DNA from: Sphyrna mokarran
Lineage: Eukaryota
Assembly: GCA_024679065.1 (NCBI GenBank)
Contig: JAGIQG010000006.1
Coordinates: 83,638,001 to 83,702,000 of the forward strand
Direction of reading: 5' to 3'
Length of the DNA stretch: 64,000 nt
In this document: positions 38,382 through 52,125 of the stretch, one piece after another
Numbering within the stretch: the stretch's first letter is position 1
Layout of the letters: each line of letters begins with the position of its first letter
The notes under the pieces: generated by a model
Told to the model about the DNA's origin: nothing
The model's database searches: none
Seen by the model: only the letters and a program-made list of their open reading frames with translations
Position numbers and translations under genes: made by a program

Positions 38382-38716
38382 TATCAGTCGAAATTGATTG
38401 TTACGCATATAAAAGCAAAATATGGCGACTGCTGGAAATCTGAAACTAAAATAGAAAATGCTGGTTAAACTCAGCATGTCTGGTACCTTCCGTGGAGAGA
38501 GAAACACAGGGTTGGATTTTTCAGCTATGCTCGCTCTAAAACCCAAAAATCCCACTCGAGACCAACGGAACTTTGCATGGGCTACTCCATGCCTGCAACG
38601 ATTCTCGTTGAGCACAATATGGGAAAATTCCTCCCCTTAATGTTTCAAGTTCACATAACACTTCTCCAGTCGCAGTATTTTGATTTTATATGCGTAGCAA
38701 TCTATTTCGACTGATA
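38382..38716. repeat. 50-bp inverted repeat (45/50 identical) enclosing a Penelope P2 fragment and a MITE
   Basis: Arms 38382-38431 and 38667-38716 aligned by hand. Confidence 0.9.
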
Positions 38717-38733
38717 TGCATTATATTTATTAC

Positions 38734-38869
38734 CTGGTCTGACACGACTGTTGATTGCACTTGCGTACCAGCGATTCAGGTTTTTTCAACTGTTTGCATT
38801 TTCTATTGTCTACAATAGTTGTAGTTTTGCTCATGATTTTTGTACAAGTCACGAGGGTTTTTCTTTCGC
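38734..38869 (-). CDS. adamts19: ADAMTS19 internal coding exon (about human exon 19), TSP1 repeat: (G)ERKTLVTCTKIMSKTTTIVDNRKCKQLKKPESLVRKCNQQSCQT(R)
   Basis: Acceptor tatttttgcag|GC, donor AG|gtaata; 136 nt, phase 1 to 2. Peptide closely matches vertebrate ADAMTS19 as I recall it (GERKTTVSCTKIMSK...CNEQPCQTR) and joins the next exon in frame (AG+G = Arg). Confidence 0.95.
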
Positions 38870-39057
38870 CTGCAAAAATAAAATTAAAAATTAAAACTTT
38901 TCGTTCTGTAAAATCTTGAAAATTCACAAAGTCATGGCTCTTCACTTCTGTGAATAATTAAGGTAAACAAATATCAAGAGGCTTGAAAAAGATAAAGGGA
39001 ATGAAATTTAATATGAAATAAGTGTTTCAAAATTTCCACCACATCAGAGAGTAGATT

Positions 39058-39615
39058 TGGGTGGCATGATGGCACAACGGTTAGCATTGCTGTTTCGCAG
39101 TACCACGAACCTAGGTTCAATTCTGGCCTCTGTGAGTGTGGAGTTGTACATTCTCCCCATGGGATTTGGGCCCATGGGAGTTTGCGCATTCTCCTCGTGC
39201 TTGCGTGGGTTTTCTCCGGGCGCTCCGGTTTCCTTCCACATTCCAAACATGTGCTCTTAGGCTAATTGGCAAAACAAATTCTCCCTAAATTGTCTCAAAT
39301 TTGGTTTTTTAATCCATAGATCTATAAACATGGACAGGGATCGCGGGTAGAGGTGGGAACATCGGGATGGTGGTGCGGGCTCGTTGGGCCGAAGGGCCTG
39401 TTTCCTGTGTTGTTTTGTTCTTTGTTTCTGCGGGTTTCCTCCAGGTGCTCCAATTTCCTCCGGAGTCCAAAGACATGCGGATTATGTTGGTTGGCCATGC
39501 TAAATTGCCCCTTAGTGTCAGGAAGATAAGTAGAGTAAATACATGCAGTTACAGGGATAGGGTCTGGGTGAGACAGGCTTGATGAACTGAATGGATTCTT
39601 TTGGCACTGTAAGGA
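39058..39615 (+). mobile_element. Two tandem or nested HE1-type SINEs
   Basis: First copy ends gttttgttctttgtttct; the second starts mid-core at gcgggtttcctccagg. Confidence 0.85.
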
Positions 39616-40227
39616 ATAAATAGAGCAAACAAATATTGAGAACAATTTAACCTGCCTCCCATTATGTTTGTTTTGATTGTAAAGGTGAGGAAACACTTCC
39701 GTTCTGGAGAAAGAAACTATAAGTGGAAGAGGGTAAGTAAAATCTCAATAAAAACAAGACTTGTGCATCATGCCACTCATGGTTTAATAGCTGGCAATAT
39801 TAAGGATAATCATTCGAAAACTATCACTTGGGAGGGAAACGTCAAAACCTGCTGCCCAACAAGTTCATTTTTATTGTGAATGATTTAGGTGTAATATTAG
39901 TACAGTTAATTGTGTATTTACAGACACAACACAAAATCTATTGCAGAAATCTCAAGTTTTGCATTTAGCTTATAGTAATCCAGATTTTAGCAGAAAGATT
40001 TTTTTTAGAACGAGAATAAAAAGCAAACCAGTGATCTGGAATAAAAATTCTAAAATGACCAAAACTTTGGTTCTAGCAGTGGACTTTTGCATCTTAATAA
40101 ACAACAAGAGCAAATTTCCATTTTGATAGCAATTCTCAAATGGCAGAGCACATTTCAAAATGTTTACAATTGAGACAAACAGTAGATACTAAGTTTGGGA
40201 CAAAGACAAATTTGAAGAGGACATTTC

Positions 40228-41160
40228 TTTATTTATTCTTATGTGGGATGTGTCACTGGCTAGACCAGCATTTATTACCTATCCTTAATTGCCCTGAGAA
40301 GATGGTGGTGAGTTGCCTTTTTGAACTGCTGCAGTGCATATAGTGTAGGTACACACACAGAGCTGTTTGGAAGGGAATTCCAACATTTTGACCCAACAGC
40401 AGTGAAGGAACATTGATAAAGACTAGATCAGGATGGTGTGAGACTTGGAGGGAAACTTCCAATTAGCAGTGTTACTATACATCTGCTGTCTTGTCCTTCT
40501 GGGTCGGAAGAGGTCACAGGTTTGGAAGGTGTTGTTGAAGCAGCCTTGGTGAGTTCATGCAGCGCATTATGTAAATGGTACACATTACTGCCATTGTGCA
40601 TTGGAATAGGAGGGAGTGACTGTTTAAGTTAGTGGATGCTGTGCCAATCAAGCTGGCTGTGTTGGGCTGGATGGTACAAAGCGTCTTGAGAATCATTAGA
40701 GCTGCATCATCCAAGCAAATAAAGAATATTCCATTACATTTGTGCCTTAGTAGATAGGCTTTGAAGAGTCAGGTGGTGAAATACCCACTGTAGAATTCCT
40801 AGCCTCCCACCTACTCTTGTAGCCATAATATTTGTATGGCTGGTCCAGTTCAATTCACTGTATCACAGAATTGTTATGGCACAGGAGGAGGTCATTTAGC
40901 CCACTGTGTCTGCACGGATCTCCAAACAACATTATGGCTTAGTGTAATTGTCTTTCCTTTTCCCTATACTCCTGCATATTGTTACTATTGCTTTTGGTCA
41001 ATGCCCACAATGTTGATACAGTGAGATTCAATGATGGTAATGCCACTGCATGTTAGATTCTAACCAAGAATCTTTCTCAATGCTCATTGCCTGGCATAAA
41101 TGTTAATCATCACTTATCAGCCCAAGCCTGAATATTGTCCAGGTCATGAAGTATATGGAT
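40228..41160 (-). mobile_element. LINE RT C-terminus and 3' UTR (probable partner of SINE family B), with a short insertion at about 40860-41000
   Basis: Decayed minus-strand peptide WMMQL...HSLL.QCTMAVMCTIYIMRCMNSPRLLQQHLPN; 3' tail shared with SINE family B. Confidence 0.75.
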
Positions 41161-44100
41161 AATTGCTTTTGTCCTTGTACCTTTATTTTAAAGGGATCAT
41201 AAACCTTTGTGCGAGGAAACAACTAGTTACTGCATTAGCACCCATAAATAGCATTTCAATCGCAATTTTTATTTGCAGGAATATACTCCAGTTTTAAAAG
41301 ATCACATTTAAAACAATCCTTTGTCAAACTTATGCTGTGAAAAATTCTTAGAAAACGTTGCGACAACATCCTGGGGTATGCAGGGGAAAAGATCAGCCAG
41401 GGTCTCTGGTCCTGACTACTACTCTGGAAAGTTACAATCTGATACAAGATTGCAGAGGCTGGATTTCCATATTCCACCAACACTGAATGGAGCCTGAAAA
41501 TTACAAGGTTGGCTGGCACCCTGGCTTCCTGACCCCATTCTCAATGATGACCATTTTGGCTATTGCAGCCTTTAGGTGGACAGGCAATTAGATTTGTTGG
41601 GAATTTTGTTGAGCAGGGATCACAGCAGTATCCCCAATTTCCCAACAGATCAACCACCTTGAGGTAAGCACCCAGTGGCAGGCGGGCGTGCCAGTGCTCC
41701 TGGCAGGATTACTGGGGACCTACTTTTTGAAGTGCCCGCCACCTTCTTGTTTTATCCTGATATCCTCAATTGGACAGGAACCTGTTTCCCACCTCCCTGG
41801 TGAAACTTCAGCCCTATGTCTCTGCAGTAGGATGATAACAGAATAGGTGTAAGTTGAAATCCCTATGTGGGTATCTGCTGCCATTCAGACACTTGGGAAA
41901 CAAAGTCAGTGCATTAAAGTAGAAATTCACTTGCATTGCACCGGTTCCAGCAAATCAATGAAAAATGCTGAGTGGAGAAGGCAATGGCACACATTGGGGA
42001 GTCAACCCAAGTTTGCAAAACGTCGTATGAACAAATTTCTCCCTAACATCTTCAAGAAAGAGAGGAAACTGACTATGTGGCTGTTCTGCTAGAAACTTGG
42101 AGGCTATTAACAACTTAATAAACTAATTCAAATTGGACACTGCTGTTGGCAGTTTACCAGATCTTTGTCATATGAGATAAAAATCTGAATTAACAGATTA
42201 GAAGATGGTACTTTCTCTAGAAAAAAATAAAAGATCAAGTGTTACATTGTTCTACTTCCACACACACACCACAGTCTGACAGAAACATGCAACAGCCTCA
42301 GGATAAGCATGTACCCAAGCCAGAAATGTGAGTGCACCAGAGTTTGGGTTACTTTGATAGGTAAAACCAAGCTTTGTTCCTTTTAGTCTCACACAAGGGA
42401 AATTGTACACTGGACAGAGAATTTCAATGCAACTGCAAACCTCAGCAAAATGCTTGTGAGCCAAGTCAAGTTTTGACTTGTGTTGATGATTCAGATTGCA
42501 TTTATAACATGTCCTCATTTAGCTCAGAGTTCAAAAGGTTTGCCAGAGTTTGAGTAGCCAAGCTGAGCATCTGAACTGAGGCGGGCTTATCACCTCTACA
42601 ATCGCTTCATAAAAGGGGAACAGTCAGGGGTCGACTGCAGGTACAATAGAATTATTGAATAGAATATATCTTGGCCCAGGGAAGCAGTTTTGGAGGTGGA
42701 GGCCTAAGAAAATTTGGGAAGATGCCCGGGTCAGCTTCCTGACACTCTGCTGCCACCTAGCATTATTCCTGAAGGCAGAGTAGCGCATAACTGCCACCAG
42801 TAATGGCGATCCAATTAAGGGTGGTAATGAGCCTCGTACTTTCAATTTTCTAGGCCACAAGGATTTTTCTGTTATGTAAGGAGCCAACTTTGCAGCCAGA
42901 GGGCTGAGTTGTGACTCATTTGAGGGTTTGAATTTATCTACCAGCAGTAATTAGCAAAGGGGATTTGTCCCCAGGCAGCAGACATGTCCTTCCTACCACT
43001 TTACAGAGGCTGATGTCTCTGCTAACGCTTGCCCTGATTCAATACAACCAATCCCTCCCAGTGACTGTGCCTCCATGATGCCACTCTGGCTGATAGTCGC
43101 AGTGCAAAGGCAGCCAGAAGCCTTCTCCAGGGAGAGGTGCTCCTCCTGATGCTGGCATCCAACCACCATCTATAATTGGACAGGGCTCCTGGAGGTGGCT
43201 TCTTATTTGGCCAGCTCTAGGAAGATCCTGTCCATCATTCCAATCTGGAATTCATCCTGATGCTGGGACTGTGATCCACCTGGGCAATTCAATGCATACA
43301 ATCCGACAGGATAGGAAGAGGTCACTTGGTTCTTTATACCTGTGCAATGTGTCAGTTACTGGAAGGTGCATGAGTGCCCCAGCGATAGCTTTGCTTTTGA
43401 TTTTCACTCCTTGCTTCGATAGGTGGTCATCATAAATAAGGATTCAATTTAGCTTTTTAGAATATATGGTTCTGTCTTTCAATTGAGGTCACACCAATCG
43501 GTGAAAACAATTTGGTAGCATTGCTACCAAGATCCAGCTACAAACGTGTTTAGCAAATCTACAGTCATACAGAATATGAAGACTTAAAATACCTTGCACA
43601 AACATCATTCCTGTGGAGAAATGCCAGTTATAAGAATACATCAGTACTGGCAAAAAAAAGCTAGTATGAATATTTCAGTGAAATGTCACGTACAATACCA
43701 AAAAGAGAATGAAATATGCCTACACAGTCCTTCAAAAGCTATTGTTCCCAGGAGGAGATGATTTGAAAATAATCTGCTGTTATTTAAGTCTAGACAGAAT
43801 TTGATTACTGTTAAAGAAACACAAAAGTTTTGGACTGAGGTAGTAATTACACAGCCAATCTACCATCAATCAATATACATTACCCATTTTTTCTGCAGTA
43901 ACAGACCTTGTACTGAGGTTTAGTTTCCATAGAAACAAGTTCATTTAACTATCTACAATACCATGTTACTCAACAGAACAAAAATGCTCTTCAAATACCC
44001 CATTAAGTCAGTTTAACCATTCATCAGCCCAAAACTTCCTGTCAGGATCAGAACTCCTGATTCCAACCCTAATCAGATAAAATAATAGCCACTTACTTCC

Positions 44101-46894
44101 TCTTGCTCTGTTGGGCAAGTTTCTGATGGAAGATCCTTCCTGGCTAACTCAGCATAAGAAATCTTGGCGACATCAGTGAAGGGCATTTGTTCAGAAGCTA
44201 CAACCCTTTTTATGGCACTAGCTGCCATATTCTCTTCAGTAAAGAGTTTAAATGTCCTAAAACCTATAGCGAGCTGGTGAGTGAATAACAGGGTAGATTG
44301 AGTGAGGGAATAGGTGGATGAGGTGGAAAAGATGGATGTGGCGGTAGGGTGGGTAAGGTAGCAGGATGAATAAACAGGTAAGCAGGTAGAGTGGGTGAGG
44401 TAGATGGGTAAAGTGGCTAAAGGGATAGGTTGAATAAAGGGATAGAGTGCTAGTGGGGTGGAGCGTTGTGTAGGGCATAGTGGATGATTTGGGAGGTCAG
44501 TTGTATAATTACACGTAGTTAGGCTGATTTTAATCTGTCTAACGTTCCCTGCATAACTATCCAGATGAGTAAGTCAGAACTGTCTGGTCTCTAACTCTGG
44601 TCTCAGAGTTGGAGAACTTTTTGGAGGGCCCTAAGGAATAGGGAGATTGCCCATTGGAAATTCAAACTCGTTGGCCGTTCCCAGCAAGTCAGTATGTTGG
44701 GAATTCTGAGGGATTCCTCAGTACATTTTTGGGGAGGGTTAACACTGGACATTGACATGAACATTCAATGAAGAGTGAACTAAAAAAACACATCTCAACA
44801 ATTAACAACGATACGCATGTGAATAGGGTAAAATATTTACAAGTGAAAGTTAAATTTGAACAACATCTATGCCACCTTTGTGCTCCCAAGTCTTATGTCA
44901 ATGGCAATGGGATAGAGCAGGAATGTTTTTGCCTTAATGCAGAACCTCCCTATTTGATCAGCTGGTACTTTTATAGCTTGTTTGTAGCTGCAGTATTGCC
45001 TACTGGCAACAGATTTCACTGAAAAGTATCCTGCACCCTTTGAATTCCATGTGTTTCCCAAGCCTGCTATCTGCTCCCAAGTTTTTAATTGTGACCATGA
45101 GGAAACTGACAAGAAAGAGAGAGTGGAAATGGCACACATTTTCAATTATGCCATTGGGAACTGCATGCTGTTTACAAAATGTCTCCTCCCCAACTCCATG
45201 GGTTCACTGAAAAAAATTAGGTTTACAATTTTTTTTGCATCTTCTAGACAGAGGAAATCTTTTCCCATAGCTTTATTTTTCAAATAAGTACAGTATTCAG
45301 AATTAACTATTATTTTTTATCCTAATCCCAGCCACTGATTTAAAATTGAATGGTGTCTGAATTTTTAAGGTTCTGGTTGAATAAGGCCAAATCTGATGCA
45401 AAGTGCCTTTGGGTATTGAAAGGCTAATTTGACACTTGCTGCAACTGCACTATATTATGGGTGAAGGTTCAAATTATTTTTTCATGAAAATCAAACCCAT
45501 TGTCAATTTTTTGATAGAAAATATGAATGGATGAGCAATTTTACAAATCCCATTGTTCTCTTAGTTCAGATCGCTAATTTAGCACAGACTGGGAATCAAA
45601 CCTGGGTCAACCTTGGCTTGTATGGTTCCATTACAAGATACACTTGCTGAGTTCTGGAAAGGGCAATTGCAAATAGTCGCTAAAGATGACAAATTTTATA
45701 AAAAGTTAAAGAGCCTAGAGGAAAATTAACTTCATAATTAACATTCATCTATCATTGTTAACAGTTTCATTCGACAATGAAACATTTTTGCTCAAGTAAC
45801 AATTACTTCAAAGTTATGCACTGCACAAATGTTTCTGAGATATCGTAAGGTTTCTTGCAAAAACAGGGGTAATATTATTCACCTTCACCACTGGGCTGTT
45901 AACTTGGCATTGTAGATCACCCATCCATTGTAAAATCTTGATCCACCATTCAGCAAGATCATGGCTCATCTCCTATCTCAACTCTGCTTTCCTGCATTAT
46001 TCCTATAACCCTTAACTCTTAAGAACCCCAAAATCTATCAACTCCTATCTTGCATCAATGACTGAGCAGCCACGACTTTCTGGAGTCCAGAATTCCAAAA
46101 GTTCATAACCACTTATGAGTGAACAACGCATTGTAAAGAACAAGAAGGGAAGGGAAGGGTTATGCTCTCCTTTAATTTGCTGTGTGTCCTAACTAGTGAT
46201 GGTATAGAATTCTAAATATTGTATTCACTATTTCTCAATGCACTATCTGGGAATGCCGTACCCTCTCTCCTTTCTGGAGATGTCTGTATTTCTCTGGCAG
46301 ACAGTTACTGCTTATCAGCCTGAAAGATATTTTGCAGCAGATGAGCTGCCACTCTAATATTCTCTAGTTTTTCCAGCAATACTTTTTTGATTGGGTCAGT
46401 TTTTCTCAGTTACCTGGGGTAACGATTCTAACTCAGAATGACAAGAAAATAATGAAAGCATTGTTAGATGATAACTAAAAGCACGTTTGTTTTGCATATA
46501 CTAAATATTATTGTCCTCGCTCAATGTATGATAGTCCTCACAATATTTTTACTCAACATGCATTTTAAAAAGTTTCCATATACCAGTGAAACACACAGTG
46601 CTACTGAAGCATCAAATTGAACAAGGTTTGGCAACTCAACCGTCATCTGCGGAATTACAGTTGCTACAGTATGCAAAGGACCATAAGATTTCTGTCAGTA
46701 AAACTTAGCTCTGACCATGTATTGTTATTAAACAATCTAATCAACAACACAAAAATAGGAGGGTATTTCTAAACCTCAGGAAGCTACAATGAATTGAATC
46801 AAGTAAACAACCATTTTCACCGTCTCTTCCACCAAACTTGCGGCATATGATTGGAAGAACTTAATGGTAATTCCAGGTATAGAATCTTGCTGCA

Positions 46895-47055
46895 TAGAGG
46901 AAGATAGAGAAAAGAGGCGGCAAAGACTAGGGGTCCTGACAATATTCCGACAACCATGCTGAAATCTTGTACTCCAGAAACAGCTGCACCACTGGTCAAG
47001 CTGCTCTAGTACAGCTACAACACTGGCATTAACTGGACAATATGGAAAATTGCCC
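46895..47055 (+). mobile_element. LINE RT N-terminal fragment
   Basis: KTRGPDNIPTTMLKSCTPETAAPLVKLL*YSYNTGINWTIWKIA, resembling the KAxGPDxI...WKxA RT motif. Confidence 0.75.
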
Positions 47056-48539
47056 TTGACTTCAACTCTTTCGTCTATGTCTGGACCAAGGCTGTAAGAA
47101 GCACAGGAGCACAGGGATGCCCTCATGTCAGCATGATACCAGCTCAGTAAGATACACATACCACTTTTTAATGCTTTGCGCCTGGATATCTGAACAGAGA
47201 GCGGCAACTGGAGAGCTCCATTTGTCCCACTGCCACTTCTCATCAATGCAAAGTGCTGACGCAGCATCTTGTTACTGCCTCTTAATTGCCTTTCACATAC
47301 CAGGACACTGTGACCTTTAAATCTCTGTAATGCAATAAAACTGTGAGGCTTGTTTGCATTCTCCTCACCGAGATTACCTCACCAGGACAACTGATGATCA
47401 GTATCAAACACTCAGGACCCTGCAAGTGTCAGAAACCTTACAAGTCTGTTCTGGATGACCTTTGCATTTGGATGAAGCTTGGCAAGTCAGTATTGATACA
47501 ACAGACAATGACAATACCTTCCCTTTATATCTCCCCTGCTGAGGCCTAAGGAGATTCACAAATGCATCACTTTCCAAGCATGACAGTACTGAACACGCTC
47601 CAGCTTGCAAAGACTATTCCTTTCTGGATACCCTAAGTGAAGGAGAGCACTGTCATGCAATGAATTCCAGACTGAGACTATGTGCTGTGCCTTTACATAA
47701 ACAGTACATAAAATTATGCTAAGCTGCCATCTAGGTCTAATGTAAGATTGTCACAGGTAAAGAGACGGCTTCATCAAGACACTTCGGATGTCAAACATTC
47801 ATACTCTTCAAAAAGACGTTTGTACGTTTACCGATTGATTTTTACTTTCCCAGTTCAGTATCATCCATAGGGGGAATGACAACTCAGCATGGAATTCAGC
47901 TCTAAATGTGGATACAACATCTGCCTACAGAGAGGAATGAAAACCAATGGGCCTCGAAGTTTGATATTACTTTTTTCATGAACTCACTCATAAAATAGTT
48001 TTCAAGAAGTTACAAATTAGGTATAGTTTGGAGCTAAAGCGATCAAGGAATACGGGGAGAAGTGGGGAGCGGCCAGGATATTGATTCTGATGATCAAAAT
48101 GAAGAATGGAGAAGGCTCAAAAGGCTGAATGACCTCTATTTACTATATAAACGCCACTGCAAGTTACACACTGGAGAAATGGATATAACTTTAGTCACAA
48201 CTACTGCTCGTGCCATTCACAAACAACAGACATCAGTGCAATAGCTGCAGGATCAACACTAATCTTGATGAGCATTTCTGCAGAGCCCAGAGCTTGAGAT
48301 TGAAGACTGAAAGGTATATTGACCAGACATCAGTATCACACATAATGTGGTAGATGTGGAAATAAAGGTTACTCACTGCGGTGAGATTGGCTGAGAATTT
48401 ATGCAACTGCATATCCAGATGGGAGTTCACTGGGGACACATTCTGGCTCCTTAAATGACCGCAGGACATTGCAGCAAATTGAATATAAATGGAATCCACA
48501 GATTTAAGGATACATTAATGTAACATTTACAAACGTGTA

Positions 48540-50640
48540 AAATCAAAGCAGTGAGAGAATACCTTACCACTAGCATACATTTAAAACTTCATAACCTTCC
48601 CAACCCCATCATTATGTCAAGGCACAGCCTCGATATCCACAGCTGAGTGGAGGCAGCCTGTTGACTGCTAAGCCCGGTTGTCAGAGATGACTTTGGCGAG
48701 CATTCTCTGTTGGTTTAAGACCTTAACATGCTGGGGTTCTCAAAGGGCTCGTGCCCACGTGCAGGCAGACCCTCCTACGTTTATCTGCTGGAAGCGGTGG
48801 AGTAACTGATAGAGTGGAACTGGAGCGGCAGTGCAACCTTGAGAGTGTTCTGGGTAAATATCTCCAGATTGCCTATCTAGCACTCCTCCCTCTGCATTCC
48901 TGATAGTAACTCCCTGACTCCTTAAGGAGAAGGGGCAACTGGAGTGAGTCAGTTTATCCTATCCCCCTCTCACCTAGCCACTACTAGAATGCACCCATGG
49001 GCTAGGGCAATGGTACGCAGCTCTGAGTGAAGATCCAGCCTTCTTGGACCTGTGTTTCCAAAGTGGCTATCACTAATCGAATGGAGACTTCGATATGCTT
49101 CAATTCCACAGTATGACATCAGACAGAACGTGAATGGACTCCTCAATCCGCGAGACCAATTTGCTGAGGGCCTCGGACAAATCCGCTTGATGCTCCCTTG
49201 TTTGTCTTTGCACTCCAACGAGTCTCATGGTTCCAATTTCAAAGGCATTTCAACAAACTCAGTCAAAGCAGGGCCTGGTCTCCAGTAGTCCTGAGCTTCA
49301 GAGACCTTGGCTGTCGCTGCAGTAGTGGTCTCATATCTGTGAGGTGATCACCAGGTCATGATCCCAAACTCAAACTGAAGTGCGTGCAACTGCGCTGATG
49401 GACGGTACTGGTGAATGTAGTGACAGTTCTTCATCTGAGGATAATCCTGCTCCTTCCTCACAAATCACAGAATCCCGACAGTGCAGGAGGTGGTAATTTG
49501 GCCCATTGAGTCTGCAACGACTCTCTGGCAGAGCAACTTACCCCAGACACAATCCCCATTCTTTCCCTGTAGCCTGTGCAATTATCTCACTAATCCCCCT
49601 AACCTGCACATCTTGGGAGACTAAAGGGCAATTTAACATGGCCAATCCATCTAAGCTTCACACCTTTGGATCACCAAATGGTCTGGAGCCTAGTTTTCTT
49701 TTGGAAGAAGTGTTTCCCCCATTCTTATTTATACCTGGAATAGAGAGAAAAGAGAATTAGTGATTGAATAAGCATGTTTAAACATTAAAATGCACTCATA
49801 TTTGTCTTTCACATGTTGTGGCCTATATTGGATGCATCCTTACTGGCTGGTTGGGGGAGGCCTATCTCACCTTCCATGCAGAAGTAAGCTTTGCAGCCTA
49901 TTCCTCAAGTTACAGACCCTGCCAAAGTTTAAGGGCTCCCCTGCTGGTCACAATCCTCTGATTTGTGTTGTAATTTTGTCCTGCATGAAGACAGATGGAT
50001 TGGCTGTAAACTCTATGGATGAAAGAGCAGTTCAGAATCATGCATGCCCGTTGCCTCTGCTGACCCCCAGGGCTCCAGTAAGAGATTAAGATGCCTTTTA
50101 TGCAAAAACTTGCATGTGATGTTGAGCTTAAAGTGGTTGGCACATTCAATGCTAATGTCCCAATGGATGCTATATGTAATGTCCCTACGGACTTCAATTC
50201 TTAGACTGCCTGATGCCTACGTGTGTGTGTGAGTGGAAACTTTACTTACCTTGATGGAGTAGAACAGATCATTCATCCATTTCCAAAACTGCATGGTGAT
50301 CCTTCTCTGTGTTCCCCAGGTGTTAACCTCCCCAGCAAACACACCCCAGGTTGGTGTGGTCAGATGTGAGGATATCCTGCTCCCATCTCTTGGAAAGAGG
50401 AGCTCCAGTCTTCCCTAGACAGCCTGGAGGAAAATCCCGAGGAAAACAACTTTGCTGAACAGTGGTGCAGAGGTTTTGCTTCACTTGGGTACCACAGTTT
50501 TGCTCTACATGACAACTTAGCTTGCACTGAATGAATATCTGCTTGGGATCTGTTTAAATATGGTGCCAGGACTTTTGATGTGATGAGGTAACAGTGGAAA
50601 TGAGCTCTTGCTGATGCATAATTAATTCCTTTTATAAAAC
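48540..50640 (-). mobile_element. Harbinger remnant carrying a Myb/SANT-like gene (exon about 50230-50460), with a nested HE1 fragment at 49463-49670
   Basis: Minus strand: FSKVVFLGIFLQAV*GRLELLFPRDGSR...EVNTWGTQRRITMQFWKWMNDLFYSIK|gtaagt, resembling the Harbinger trihelix/MSANTD domain. Confidence 0.65.
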
Positions 50641-51469
50641 TTATTTCTTTATGTCCACCTATTTTGTCTTATCATTCACTACTTTTCCACTTGCAAGACA
50701 ATGTGACACAGAATAAAAGGGTACAGAAGTGCATCAAAGGACCCTTTGATGCACAACTTTGCCTTATTGAGAGGCTAAAAGGCCAGACGAGAGGGGGTGG
50801 TGGCTGGTTTCTCATGTTTAGTGCTGTATTACTTGACTGTAAGGTATTTAGATCTGGTTGTTCTCAGTGAGCATTCGAAATTGCCTTGAGCAAAAGAATA
50901 TTTCTGTACGAAAACACAGAAAACACAGAGGCTCAGTTGCCTCTATGGGCCTTTGGATCCAAGGTCCAAGTTTTTGGACCTTGAGTCCCTTCAAAAATAC
51001 TAAACATAACCACTAGAATAATTCAGGGCTGTCCAAAGTATCTGCTGTATGCGGAGTTCTAATGTGAGGAATTTGCACAGTTGTGCAGGACGTTTAATGG
51101 CATCATAATCTATTATGGAACAGGGTTGACCACTAAACTAGAGTCTACAGTAAAATCCAATTGCAAAAGTCAGAGACACATAGCGAATAGCCCCCTGAAG
51201 GCTTATGCAACTGCTATTAAGGTATCGAATTAAAATGCTGAACTATGCTTTTGCATAATTTTAGTAAGCTGATTGAATGGAAAACCTCTTGACACAAAGT
51301 TTAATTATATTTCTGCCCTCAGTTCTGATCCCATTTATATCATCGGATAAGTGGAGAGAATGACCAATTTATCCTGCATCATCAGTTGTGAATAAGTTGA
51401 ATAATTCAAATGGGTGCCTTAGTCAGTTAAAAGTTATTCCAGTATTAAAACGGATAATGCAGCGCTGTC

Positions 51470-51757
51470 AGTTATTTATTTATTAGGGTCACATGTAAGC
51501 TTATATCAACACTGTAATGAAGTTACTGTGAAAATCTACTAGTCGCCAGACTCAGCGTCTTTTTGAATGAGATAGAATTTAGCACAGCCAACCAGCATGT
51601 CTTTTGGACTGTGGTAGGAAACCAGAGCACCTGGAGGAAACACATACAGGCATGGTGGGAAGACTCCGCACTGACAGTGACGTAAGCCAGGAGTTGAACC
51701 CAGGTCCCTGGCGCTGTGAAACAGCAGTGCGAACCACTATGCCACCATGTTGCCCCA
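51470..51757 (-). mobile_element. HE1-type SINE with the alternative tail
   Basis: Tail agttatttattattagggtcacatgtaagcttatatcaacactgtaatgaagttactgtgaaaa, same type as 8920-8975. Confidence 0.85.
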
Positions 51758-51874
51758 GTTATGTTGCTGAAGCAGACTGTGGAAGATACAATTGAATGAA
51801 TCACTGCAAACATTAATGCACGCTTATCTGGGTAATCTGACTTTTGCAAGATTCTTGTAGATTGGAGGTTAGAT

Positions 51875-52125
51875 AGTGTCAGTTTGGCTCAGTTGCCTCT
51901 ATGGCAGATGGTTGTGAGTTGAAATCTCAGCTCAGCTTGACGGCATAATCTACACTGACACTGCAGTGAAAGAAGCTTTGCATTATTGCAAGTTTGAGAT
52001 GTTTACTGGGGCCCTGTCTGTTTTTTCAGGTGGATTTAAATGATTCCATGACACTATTTAAAGAAGAGTTCTCCCAGTGTTCTGCCAACAATTATCCCTC
52101 ATCTATCACTTCCAAAATCTGATTT
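51875..52125 (+). mobile_element. Deu-domain SINE, 5' part
   Basis: ggctcagttg...ggttgtgagttgaaatc head; caggtggatttaaatgattccatgacactatttaaagaagagttctcccagtgttctgccaacaattatccctca. Confidence 0.7.

Noticed and set aside
46776-47267. 163-aa minus-strand ORF
   Set aside because: Partly the antisense of a LINE RT fragment; no ADAMTS-like or other domain recognised.
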